The position numbers were made by a program, and so were the translations under genes. Positions 26,660-38,475 of a stretch of DNA of 64,000 nucleotides are shown here, piece after piece. The notes under the pieces are model-generated. The model had not been told where the DNA came from and searched no databases. It was given only the letters and a program-made list of their open reading frames with translations. The stretch is from Octopus sinensis (Eukaryota): positions 49,166,001-49,230,000 of the forward strand of contig NC_043010.1 in the NCBI RefSeq assembly GCF_006345805.1, given 5' to 3'. Each line of letters opens with the position of its first letter. The first letter of the stretch is position 1.

Positions 26660-27140
26660 GTTACAGACAGGGTTAGAAGCCAAGATAATGTTTGAAAATA
26701 TTCTAAAAAATTTTTTAAATAATAGAAGAAATTGATGTAGCTGAATCTACACTATCACAAAGTTTGGAAGAGAATAGTTTAAGAAAATATAACTGCTGTT
26801 GCCAGCTTGACAACATTACTGGCTGGGGAAGCTACATACGATAGTAAAATGGCTAATAGATTTAAGTAAATAATCCAAGAAGCTGATCTCAACATTCAAG
26901 TTGTGGAAAAAAGAAAAACAGGTAGATCCATCAGATCTATTTATCTAAAGCCCTACCCTTTTGACAGGTACATGTGTAGAAAGAAATGCCAAAGGCTTGC
27001 CAGAAACTCACAAAATTGCAAATAAAGACAATATAGTAATATAATATAGCCTTGTCAAGAAAAAAATGTGCACAAATCTTGAAACTTACATAGGAGAGAC
27101 AGCTCAGACTACAGGTGAAAGGTTCAGGGAGCAGCACTGA
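26660..27140 (+). pseudogene. Decayed Penelope-like retroelement ORF fragment (linker plus GIY-YIG endonuclease)
   Basis: Frame-broken: IIQEADLNIQVVEK..TGRSIRSIYLKPYPF, a Cys-rich stretch, then NLETYIGETAQTTGERFREQH* (YIGET..R..EH motif; YIG starts at 27087). Confidence 0.75.
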
Positions 27141-27196
27141 AACCATAAAGGTACACACAGCTGTAAAAACCTATACTGAAAAGAAATCTATGTACA

Positions 27197-27418
27197 TATG
27201 AGTGGGATGCTGAAATGTTCCTGACTTTGAGTAAAAGAAAATATAAGAGGATCAGTTAATTATGATTTTATTTAACATATTCCCCTCTCAGATTCACATA
27301 CTTATTGCAGCGGTCCTCCAGTTTTTCTAAGCCCTGTAAGAGAACTTGGAAGGTTGGGCCTCCAGCCAAGCCTTTTGTGATACCCTTAAAACCAGGAACT
27401 TTTCAGTGACCCCTTGTA
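27197..27418 (-). mobile_element. Internally deleted mariner element (MITE)
   Basis: Degenerate TIRs TATGAGTGGGATGCTGAAATGTTCCTG / CAGGAACTTTTCAGTGACCCCTTGTA with TA ends. The minus strand reads LQGLEKLEDRCNKYVNLRGEYVK* (mariner C-terminus). Confidence 0.8.
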
Positions 27419-27739
27419 TTTTTACCAATGTGTACTAGATGAACAGTGTTTCAAACAACAGATTCAATGTGTTCATCATATCTACACATCCTCAATACAA
27501 TACTAAGGCAGGAAATTGAATCAGAGTAAAAGACCATTCTTAACCTTAAGGCATGCATATATTCCTACCCTTTAGTTTATATATACACCCTCACCACCAT
27601 CTCTTTTCCAGCTGGGGTAACCATGTATCTCTCCTACAAAAAGATAATCGCTCTTGTTTCTATATATTATATTTAAATCTCATCACCTGGCATAAAGCCA
27701 ACTCCCTTGGAAGTACATCCTCCTCTGTTGAGAGGGTTT

Positions 27740-27962
27740 TGCCTTGCCAGCTACTTGATGGCCTCACCGGTAACAGTGCCATGTAAAGAAACACCCAGTA
27801 CACACTGTAAAGGGAGTGGCATCGGAATGGGTATCCAGTCATAGAAACCATGCCAAAGTAGACACTGGAACTTGGTGCACTCATCTAGCTTGCCAACTCC
27901 TGTAGAACCATCCTACCCATGTCAGCATGGAAAGATGGATGTTAAATGGTGATGAAGATGAT
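27740..27962 (+). mobile_element. RTE-LINE 3' tail (family A)
   Basis: Tail motifs and (GAT)n end. Confidence 0.7.
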
Positions 27963-28043
27963 TTTGTGTGTGTGTGTGTGTTACCATAATGGTTAAATAT
28001 ATTATCTCAGCAATAAGATAATAGGCAGATATTACCAACATTA

Positions 28044-28531
28044 CTCTTCAGCATTCAGATTTCTTTGTCAGACATATTGCTTATTCATTCACATTGTTTT
28101 GAATTAATTATATATTTTGTAGCTTCAAGATTTCAATGGTGTATTTGTATATTTTTAGAATGAGAATGTAGAGGTGTGAGGGACTGGATAAGGCCAGTTT
28201 TAACATAAAACAGGTAGAATATTTGGGGCCCTGTATCTGGATAAGGGTATCACAAAAGGCTTTGCTGGAGGCCCAACCTTCCAAGTTCTCTTACAGGGCT
28301 TAGAAAAACTGGAGGACTGCTGCAATAGTATGTGAATCTGAGAGGGGAATATGTTTAATAAAATCATAATTAACTGATTCTCTTATATTTTCTTCAAGAT
28401 TTCAATGGTATGTTTGTATATTTTTAGAAGGAGAATGTAGATGTGTGAGGGACTGGATAAGGTCAGTTTTAACATAAACCAGGTAGAATATTTGGGGCCC
28501 CTGTATATGGATACAGCCGGATTAAATGCAT
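28044..28531. mobile_element. Family D MITE with internal duplication and inverted mariner-derived insert
   Basis: 28123-28243 is repeated at 28392-28513; the spacer is the reverse complement of 27235-27388. Confidence 0.8.
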
Positions 28532-30061
28532 AACAAACGGTATCTCCAGAAGTTCAAAATTCACACCAATGAGAACAAGAATACTATTAATATCTATTTG
28601 CGAAAATAAATATATCGTACAGATAACAGGAAACCAGAGACAGCAGTGGGAGGGAGTGGAGTAAAGTGACAAATGTCCCACAGGTCCAAAGTGCAATAAT
28701 AAAAAAAAAATGATTCACTCACACACAAAAGGAAAACTGACCAATTGTAAAAGAATTACCCTCATATCATAAGTAAACTAGCTTTTTTTAAGTTGACTGC
28801 AACTAGAAAGGAAAAACAGTATGTAAAAACTTCCCCCATGTCTCGGCTAACAAAACAACTCTCAACAACCAGCTTTCAGCAGATGAGATGCAGTGGAATT
28901 GTACTAGTAACCAGGTCGTAGAAGTACAAAATCCACTGACACTTCACAATAGGTTGTTATTATGCTGTTTAAAAAAATCACTGAACATAAACAGCTATTG
29001 TATAATTCATTTCTAAATAGCCAAACTGACTTCCATAATGTAACTGTTATACAATTACAATTCATATGTAATCATGTTTTCTTTCTTTATTTACTTTTAA
29101 AATATCGTATTTATATGCAAAAACACTAATGGCTTATTTCTTTATTTTTTTCCAGAGTGGTAAATGAAATCCAAATGGCTAGCCCTATGTTGTCAAACCA
29201 GTTTGTTTTACATGTATTGTAGAAAATTAAACAACACTAATAACAGTGTGGTGACAATACTTGCCTAGTGTGACAAGATTATTATATTGAAATATCCGGA
29301 TAGTAGCACACAAATAACTGTGTTTCTTTCCTTTCCTTTTCCTTTTTTTTATTTTTTTTGGGGGGGGGGGAGGTCACTTGTATGACCCATCTTATCAAAT
29401 TACAACTTCATGATGTGGAAATAAAAATTTGAATATGTACTTATTTCTCTCGCATACATATACAAAATTTCACAAACACACACACACACACACGAACAAG
29501 GGGGGGGGGAGAAAGAACAAAAAAGAAATTACAACATTCGCTTGACTTCCCACTGATGTCAAATAGCTTCAGCGGAATCTGTTCCCAAACCCTGTATAAC
29601 TAACTATATTAAACCAAGATCGCACTCACATGTATATTTGTGTACGTGTGTGTGTGTAGCTTGCGATTAATTATTAATGAGATGAGTTATAATTTTCTAA
29701 ACATCCAAGTATCGAATTGATTCACAGGTTTGTCCCATAAACATCAACTCAACTATGAATGAAGGGAGCCTCTTCATGGTTAAAAATAGCAGCTAAACAT
29801 CTCAGATCACACACTGCCTTCGCTTAAAAACAAAGATACATTACAAAGTCTTAACACTCCAATAAAGACAGGATGGTCAAAGCTAGACCACTTTTTGATC
29901 AAAGCTGACCCAATAAATTCACCCAAGTGCAAATCTTTCCTTTTCTTATACATCTCAGTCTCTGAATGAGAATGAAACAAGGCAGGCAAGCACACACACA
30001 TACAGGTCTATAAGATTCTATAAAAGTTCAGCATATTTTCAGTATTTTATATCAGAAATTT

Positions 30062-30290
30062 CTTACATTATATTTACATTTGACGGATATTTGTTCTCAT
30101 TTTGTTTGTTGTTAACACAATGTCTTGGCTGATATACCCTCCAGACTTCATCTTGGAGAAATTTCAAACCTGGGTTCTCATTCCTAAGGTATTTTTCGAT
30201 ATTATTATTATTGTTATTCAGGTCACTGCCTGGGATCAAACTCGGAATCTTGGAGTTAGTAGCCCACGCTCTTAACCACTACACCATATG
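30062..30290 (-). mobile_element. tRNA-headed short element with a degenerate hammerhead-like 3' part
   Basis: Minus strand: TGGTGTAGTGGTTAAGAGCG A-box, GAGTTTGATCCC B-box, (AAT)n, then GATGA-A-GTCTG(gagggtatat)CAGCC-AAGACATT. Confidence 0.6.
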
Positions 30291-31970
30291 ATTAACTGAA
30301 GAGTTCTGAATATCAACTAGCTTTCTTAAGTCTTTACTCATCTGTTTTGTCTTGCTGATGTCCTGCTAGAAATAATCCTTAGCTACTTTCTTAGCACTAA
30401 ATCAGTATAATGAATGAAGTTTCTTTAAAACCTTATATTACCGATGAATGAAACTTAAAGGGTATACTACCCAAATTTCTTGGCAATACAGTAAGGATAG
30501 CAAAACTCCAAGCAGCTGATAGAGTTGTTAGATGGTTGCTCAAAATAGCAGCCAGATCTCCAAATCACAACTGACCATGTTAAATAAATGAAAGACACAT
30601 AAGATAATGTAGTATAGATGAACCTCTAAAAAGACAGCAGAGATAGCCGCAACTAAAATGCCACTGATTGGAGGTTTGCTTAATCAGGGTTGACCTAGGA
30701 TTACATTTTTTTATACCAACCTGCCTGAGACTGCTCCTGATTTATGAAACAATCTTCTTGTTTTAAAATAATCTAAGAGACAAACCTACCAAAATTTTAT
30801 GCTAATTTATGTTCCAGACACCAGTTTAAAAACAGCATTCTTATTTTACCAAATTCTTCATTTTCAAAATTAATTGAAACAAGGAGTATTTCAAAAGAGA
30901 TATGGTTAAACAACTTGTTACTCGTTAAGTAACTGATATCAAGATGGACACAGCTCATAGCTACACAGAAAATGCTTTCTTAATTCACGTGACACTCTGC
31001 TACTTTTCATACTGATGACAATTTGGCATCAATCCAAGGTATGCTTGCTAAATGCAACTGTATCTGTGGATGGAGGCAGGTGATGAATGCAATGCACAAG
31101 CAAATGTGGGCCAGGTATTTCATTATCAAACAAGTTCAGCATCACACCTCAAGAGAATCATGAAGACAAAAGCATCATTACCATCAAGAGCACAAGCAAA
31201 TATTTACTAAAGTCACTAAAGATATTTAAGTGCTGTTGGTAATCAAGTACAGTGAATCAAATCTTGTGGAAGATGCTTATCAAGTATCTTGTGCTGAAGT
31301 CTTCACTCATTTACATATTAATCAGAACAAAAAAAAAATGTATATTTCCTTGCTAAAAGTATGGATGTCATTTTGTAAACCAATACTAGATATCAAGAAA
31401 TAAAACTGACAAAGATCTCTGTCTGTCTCTCATCAGATTCTTCTTAAAGAAGAAGACTCAAGCAATCAATCTGAAAGCTTTCTCATTGAAACAATCTTCT
31501 TTTTTTTTTTTTTTTGTTCATTCACCTCAAACTTTTCTCTATGCATCTTAAATATATCTTTAACATACAAGAATCAAAACAAAACAAAAAAAGAAATTAA
31601 AATAAAATCAGTATCTAGAATTTCTCAAGAAAAGCTGATACCTTCAATGGTTAAAAACAAATTCTAAGCAAATAAATTGCAGTCTTGGATTTTTTTTTTT
31701 ATTCTTTATTTTCATTAAATTTCAGATTAAGTGATTCACTATTTTTACAGAAGCTGCTGAGTGATACATACCTCTCTATATCTAAACACACTTCCTAAAC
31801 TATATCAGAAACTAAGATACAAAAATTGTTTTGACAATAATTACTTACTTTTAAAAAGGTTACATAAAAAAAAGTAGGTTTTTGAGCAGCTTCATCCTAA
31901 ATTTGTCTTAAAACACTAATCTTTTCTGAATTATAGAAATGAGTATTTTTTCCATTTTCTGTAGCATTTA

Positions 31971-32185
31971 CCCTTTTGTTACCACATTTTTGTTGAAATA
32001 CATTGGCTTTGTTTCAAATAATTTTGAAAGCCATGAAGAATTTATCATTAGTCATTATTAAGCTGGTGTCACGAATATATTTTAATTTCATCAGAATATC
32101 CTGTTTTTAAATCAGGACACTTTAAAACAGGAAATTTATATTATAGAATGTGGGGTGGTTCTTCGTAGGATGATATCAATAGGGG
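31971..32185. mobile_element. E-related piggyBac-like MITE, degenerate
   Basis: CCCTTTTGTTACC start; body matches the host element at 11170-11601. Confidence 0.65.
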
Positions 32186-32954
32186 TAAGCAGAAGAGAAC
32201 AGAGGCAATGAGAGAGCTCTTATATGGTTGCTAGTTACACACTATCATATTGCTTTTTTTTTTTTAAATGCGATACTGGTTAATTTAGCCCAGAGTAGGA
32301 AATAGTTTGAATATGACAAAGACTCAGCAGCTTTTTTGAACACAAAACCTTTACAGTTTTATGTCTATGTCAACTAGATAGAGAATATCATGTAAGAGGA
32401 AATACTTAAAAAATAACAGAGTGGTTAAAGACGAGATGATTGTGTGCGTGAGTGTGTGAAAAATAAAAACATTGTTGATGTTCAGGAAATTGTTTGAGAA
32501 AGCAAAATTCCTTTAAGTGTTGTTTCAGGAATTAACGTGCTATTGACATGGTTAAACAAACCAGGATGTGGCTAGAACAGAGTTTATACAAAAACTGGGA
32601 AAATGTCCTAGCACTCAGTGGCAAAGGAAAAAAAAAGTACATAGCAGGATATGCTACAATGAACCAATCTCAAAAGAAGGCACGTAATAAAAAATCCAAA
32701 TTGCTGAAGGATATTTTGTAATTCCAGACAGAAACAAAACTAATTCTCAGAAAACTATCTCAGTTATATCTTCAAGAGACAGTAAAATAATTTTATTAAA
32801 CCTCTTTGCCTAGCATTCAAATAATAAGAAATACTTGGAAGACACTAAAAGTTAGTAGTTTTTACTAAATAGGTGATCTAATCAGCAATTGAGGTGAATG
32901 TATGAAAAGCAGTGGAGAGAGTAAGAAAGAGGGAGAGGTCATAGGACTATTTAC

Positions 32955-33410
32955 CTCTGTTGTCTTTCTCAAACTGAAGGGCAGGTTGTATGATGCTTGT
33001 GTGCAAAGCACAATACTGCATAGTATTGAGAATTAGACTTGACAGTGGAAGATTTGTAATGAAAGAAGAAATGAAACAAGCATGTTCTGTTGGATATGTA
33101 ATGTTGGTTTGCATGATCAATGAAGCACAAAAAGGCCAATAAAAAAAAAAAACCTTGATATGAGGACTCAGATGTAGTGCACAAGAAAGAAGATTACACT
33201 GGTATGGACAGGTGATCTATATGGAGTGTCAATCATGAAAAGAAATTCTGAATGCTTAAGGCAGATGAAACCTGTAGAAGAGAAAGACCTATGAAGATAT
33301 ACAACAAAGAGGTGATGAACCTTGTGAAAGAAATAAGGAACTAGAAACACGATGATTGGTGACAAATGGTGCTGGAGAATGCTGCCCACAGGTGCAAGTA
33401 TGACAAAATA
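32955..33410 (+). pseudogene. Decayed RTE LINE ORF C-terminal fragment
   Basis: LKLKGRLYDACVQSTILHSIEN*, RNETSMFCWICNV, QERRLHWYGQV and TCRRERPMKIYNKEV, with stops and frameshifts. Confidence 0.85.
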
Positions 33411-33651
33411 GTCATCAAAATAAGAGGAGCAATAGCTGTAGGATATAAGGTCTCTCACCCAGAATATTCTGTGAAGTCTCCTCCTACTGTAAAGCATATT
33501 TCTTAACCACACAGCCATGATCACAACCCAACAGAATGTTTGCTCATTTTGTAAGAAGAGCAAGTTTTTTTTTAACTGTAAATCTGATGTCCAAGCAATA
33601 AACACCACAACCCTCAAATACTGTTCAAGAAAACAGTATTTACTCTTTTAA

Positions 33652-34256
33652 CCCTTTAGTACTCAGATGACTGTTAAATGTACACTGCAGCTATAGAAAC
33701 TATACCACAACAAACAACAGGAGTCTGGATAGACTTCCAAGCTGACCAGTTCGATGCCAAACCATCCAACCCATACCAGCATGGAAAATGGATGTTAAAT
33801 GATAATGATGATTGTTTTGAATTAATCCTCTTTTATCTCAAAGCTTTGAGATTTCAATGATGTGATTGTATATTTTTAAAATGGCACATAAAAAGCACCA
33901 TCCGAATGTGGCCGATACCAGCGCCGCCTTGACAGGCTTCCATGCTGGTGGCATGTAAAGGCACTAACCGATCGCGACCGTTGCCAGCCTCCCCCGGCAC
34001 CTGTGCCGGTGGCATGTAAAAAGCGCACACTACACTCACAGAGTGGATGGTGTTAGGAAGGGCATCCAGCTGTAGAAACACTGCCTCCTGGCTTCCCAGA
34101 CCCTGGTCAAACCGTCCAACCCATGCTAGCATGGAAAACAGACGTTAAATGATGATGATGATTGTAGAGTAGGTGTGAGAGGCCAGACCTGGGCAGTTTG
34201 AAAATAAAACAGGTAGAATATTTGGACCGGATATGACCAGTTTAAATGCTAAAGGG
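33652..34256. mobile_element. Family D MITE carrying two RTE-tail insertions (33683-33810 and 33884-34160)
   Basis: TTAA at 33648-33651 and 34257-34260; the MITE sequence resumes at ATTGT after each (GAT)n tail. Confidence 0.85.
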
Positions 34257-35589
34257 TTAAACTCTAATGAAACTACAAAATACATAATCACAAACCCTTC
34301 AATGCTCTGCTCATAAATATGGATCTTACTGACAGCACAACAGCATTACTTCAATATGTTATGAAGCTACACCACATCATCATGTTGATAGGGTTACAAT
34401 ACAACACAAACCCTATTAACCTTAGTGCAGCACCAGAAAGTTAATAAACTGAATGAAATTGATATTCCATAGCTTCATTTGAAAAAAAAAATTTGGCTAT
34501 TGCACATTGTCACTTATACAGTGGAAAAGCAATGACCATATTTATATTCACATTAATTTGCAAGCATTCCAAACCAACAGGGAAACAAAGAAAAATAATG
34601 TTTTGCAGTTCTATTTATTTGTATGTTCATTAGTTTTCAGATCTAACAGGAAAAAAACCCCCAGCTTAAGAACACCTAACAAGAATGGCATCACATAACA
34701 GAGAAAATAGAAAGTTGAAACCAAGCTATACATCACATCAAGAGTAGTATGTCAGGTCCATTAAGGACTAATTGGGTTAAAAAGATATATACATGCCAAG
34801 ATTGAAAAGGCTTAAATGTGAATAAGACTAAATAAGCAAAATGCTTGCCTGGAGCTATGCTAGCTATGTAATTAACTAAGGTAATACACAGTTAACAAAA
34901 GAGGAGGGTGAAATTAGAATCGTATTGCTGCATCCCATTTCAAACACGTTAGCAACAATGTTGTCGAAAAGGATGCAATGGAATAAGTAAAAGAGCACTT
35001 CAAAGGACTGCATTACAACACCGTGTGTGTGTGTGTGTGTGTGTGTATACATTTACACACAGAGGTGTGTATGTGTGAGAGAGAATGAGAGTAAAATGTA
35101 GTCATTTCTTTCTCGTCCACACATTTAAATTTGATGGGATTCAGAGTTTCTTTTATAAACAAACCTCGATTATTCAATCAACCAGTGCAGTATATATCGT
35201 TGGAAAACAACTGCAGCATGGCAGAGCACCACATAATGCCATAAAGCCCTTCAAATATAATGAAATACAAGCATGCTAAAAATTCTAAGGTAGACTGCAC
35301 ATCAGGTAAACTTGCTGAACTATATTTATCAAATCCACTTGCTGCAAACTGACTCATCAACAAAGCAAATTGTGTGCTTAACCTCTGGTCAACTTTGATC
35401 AAACAGACCTATGATCAAAAGCATTCCAAATATGACCATCTAGTCATATTTTTTTTTTCTAAGCACAGTGCATCTTAGACCACATTATTCAACACATTTT
35501 GTTAAGATGACAGAATGTAGTTTAAGAGAAGAATCTGGCCATTATTTCTAGCATGACTGCCAAGAGCATAGTAAGGAAACTATAGGCAA

Positions 35590-35796
35590 AATTTTGACCA
35601 CAAGGTCAGAAGAGTACTGGAGGAGTATTTTTCGTCATGGACAAGTGAATTTTAGAAGACGGGATTTCTAGACAGATAGAAGAGCATTGCAGAAAATGAA
35701 GGAGAGTATATTTTAGATTAAAAAAGAACTTTATCTTAATTTTGAAAAATAAAAGTATACAAAAAAAACCCACATTATTTATGGAATGACCCAATA
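35590..35796 (+). pseudogene. mariner transposase C-terminal remnant with right TIR
   Basis: DHKVRRVLEEYFSSWTSEF*KTGFLDR*KSIAENEGEYILD*, then AACCCACATTATTTATGGAATGACCCAA|TA. Confidence 0.8.
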
Positions 35797-36009
35797 CATA
35801 AACATGCTAAAGATGAGGTTAACAGTCAGGAAAATCATCTGAATAGCTTATCTAAGGACAATGAGCCACTATGATGGTGATAAATTGCATGTTTTTAATC
35901 ACAAGCATATTCAAAACTAACTTGAAACTAAGCAACACCACCAAGAACTGTAAGACAACATAACCCTTATCTATCTATCTATCTATCTATCTACACACAC
36001 ACACATACA

Positions 36010-36390
36010 TTCTTTTATTTGTTTCAGTAATTTGACTGTGACCATACTGGAGCACCACCATAAAGGGTTTTTAGTTGAAGAAATCGATCCCAAGACATTC
36101 TTTGTATAACTGCTAAGTTATAGGGACATAAACACACCAGCATCAGTTGTCAAGCAATGGCAGACACACAAATACATACCTTTTATATATATGCATGTGT
36201 ATGTGTGTGTGTATGTATGTATGTATGTGTACGACAGGCTTCTTTCAGTTCCTGTCTATCAAAGCCACTCACAAGGCTTTGGTTGGCCTGAGGCTATAAA
36301 AGACACTTGGCGAAGGTGCCACACAGTGGGACTGAACCCAGAACCATGTAGTTGGGAAGCAAACTTCTTACCATACAGCAACACCTGTTT
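36010..36390 (-). mobile_element. SINE family B
   Basis: Reverse match. Confidence 0.8.
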
Positions 36391-37992
36391 ATATCTATAT
36401 ACAAACACACACACATTTAGCAGTCTACATAATCTCATTATCAACATTTTTAATGTTGTGTTATTTATAGTTGTTTCTTTCATTTTATCAGCATGAAATG
36501 TTTTGGGAACATGTGACAGATCAAGTTTAGAGTAATCTAACCCAACAATCATATGACTACACTATGTAAAAAGATTAGACTGGACTGTAAATGAGAGAAA
36601 ATTATAGTCAATGCTATAGGTCCAAATCTAGCCAAAGTTAGCTTTCATCTTTCTAACACCCAAGGACTAACCCTTCCAGCTCCAGACATTCATTTAATAC
36701 AATAAAATCATTACTACACACAGGGAGGACAGGTTTCAAATCTCGATAATATTCTATTGTCATTTATTTTCTCCATTTAGGTACTGAATATGCTCAGCGA
36801 ACACAGCTAAGAACCATATTGCTAAGAACAATGATACATGGTCTCAATAATACAATATTAAAACAGGCTTGAGCCAAAAAAATACTCGGGCGAAAATTGA
36901 AAGCTAAGGAAAGTTTCTATTGATGTAAGACATTTCAGAGAAGTTGATATTATTCCTAATTCAATCCAGTGTCGTAATTATCTTTCTCTCATTTTTTAAA
37001 ACTAGGAAGTGTATCTATGATTACATTATCATCCCTTGTGACCTGCTTTAAGATTTGTGAGTGATGTAACTGTTATATATAGCAGGTCAGGCAACCAACC
37101 ATTATAAAGATTTCATCATTAGCTGAATAGGGAATATCATTGTTATTGTTTAATTGACACACAATGCCAAGTGAATGACACTAATGAACAACTAGTGACA
37201 ACAAAATATCCTTGACAAAGATAAGACTGCAAAAAAAAAAAAAGGAAAGAAAGAAAATTTCTACACCTTTATTAACCCTTAGGGTGTTGGGATCAAGATC
37301 ATAAGGTTGTAGATTTGCTTCATGGATCAGGTAGTACATTGTGTCCCCTGCTGAAAATGAGCACCAGATGAGCTATGGTATAGCCCTCTTGCACATCAGC
37401 TGTTATAACAAAGTTCAGCTGGGTCAAAGTAGGGGAACCTAAAGAGCATATGTACATATGTCTGTACAATTACATTAGTACCTAAAGCATGGTACCAGAT
37501 AATATTCACTTTTCAGTGAGGACTACATTTATTTTGTTTAATTAATCCAAAACTACAAGAATAAAACACTAATACATATACTCTTTCAATTTCAATCAGA
37601 AGTGACTATCAATACTAATATTAATATCTCATATCCATATTTGTCTCACTGTGAAATTAGCTTCAGCAGCTTGAACAAGAATTATGACTGACACAGCTGA
37701 ATTATGTAATGATATATTGGCTGATAACCTGATAATTATTTGAGTACAAATGAATTAAGTCCATATATTTGTTTATTCATAACCCAAGTTGTATTGGTAC
37801 ACTTGGTACTAACAGTAAATTCCAAGCAAAACATTAACACTCCAAGACTATCAAGTTTAATTTAGTCTTTCATCATAATGTAGAGAGCTGAAAATATCAA
37901 TAATTAATGTGGATAAAAGATTACAATTGATGTTGAATAAAAGAGCTATATTTGTAAACTTTTGAATAGAATCTCAAGAAATACATTTAGGC

Positions 37993-38475
37993 TCAGGCAC
38001 AACTGTGTGATTAAAAAGTTTGCTTCCCAAGTATGTGCCCTTGGGTGCAGCCCATTCTGCAGCATCATAGGAAAGTGTCTTCTATAGCTCCAAGTCAACC
38101 AAAGCTTTGCAAGTGGATTTGGTATGCAGAAACAAAGAAACTCGTGTGTGTATACGGTAAAACCTCAATTTTCGAACAACTCATCATGAATAAATCGTAA
38201 TTTATCTCTTATTTTTCTCATATCCATTTAATACAGTAAGTAGTACTTTGGTTTACAAAGGCCTCCACTCACAAATAAATTGTGCTTTATATATATATAT
38301 ATATCTACATCTATCTATCCATATATATGTAAAGCATGATTTATTCATGATCAGAGTTGTTTGAAAACCAAGGTACTACAGTATATGTGCGTGTCATAGT
38401 ATTTGTCTCCCAATAACCACTTGACAACTGGTGTTGGTTTGTTTACAACCCTATACCAGTTTAGTAAAAGAGACT
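37993..38475 (+). mobile_element. SINE family B split by a Tigger-like MITE
   Basis: Head to 38150; tail resumes after 38383. Confidence 0.7.
38155..38381. mobile_element. Tigger/pogo-like MITE
   Basis: TA|CGGTAAAACCTCAATTTTCGAACAACTCATCATGAATAAATC ... GATTTATTCATGATCAGAGTTGTTTGAAAACCAAGGTACTACAG|TA. Confidence 0.75.

Noticed and set aside
33168-33617. 149-aa minus-strand ORF
   Set aside because: It is antisense to the decayed RTE ORF and has no coding signature of its own.
34925-34980. Possible pre-miRNA hairpin
   Set aside because: Several asymmetric internal loops and no recognisable mature sequence.
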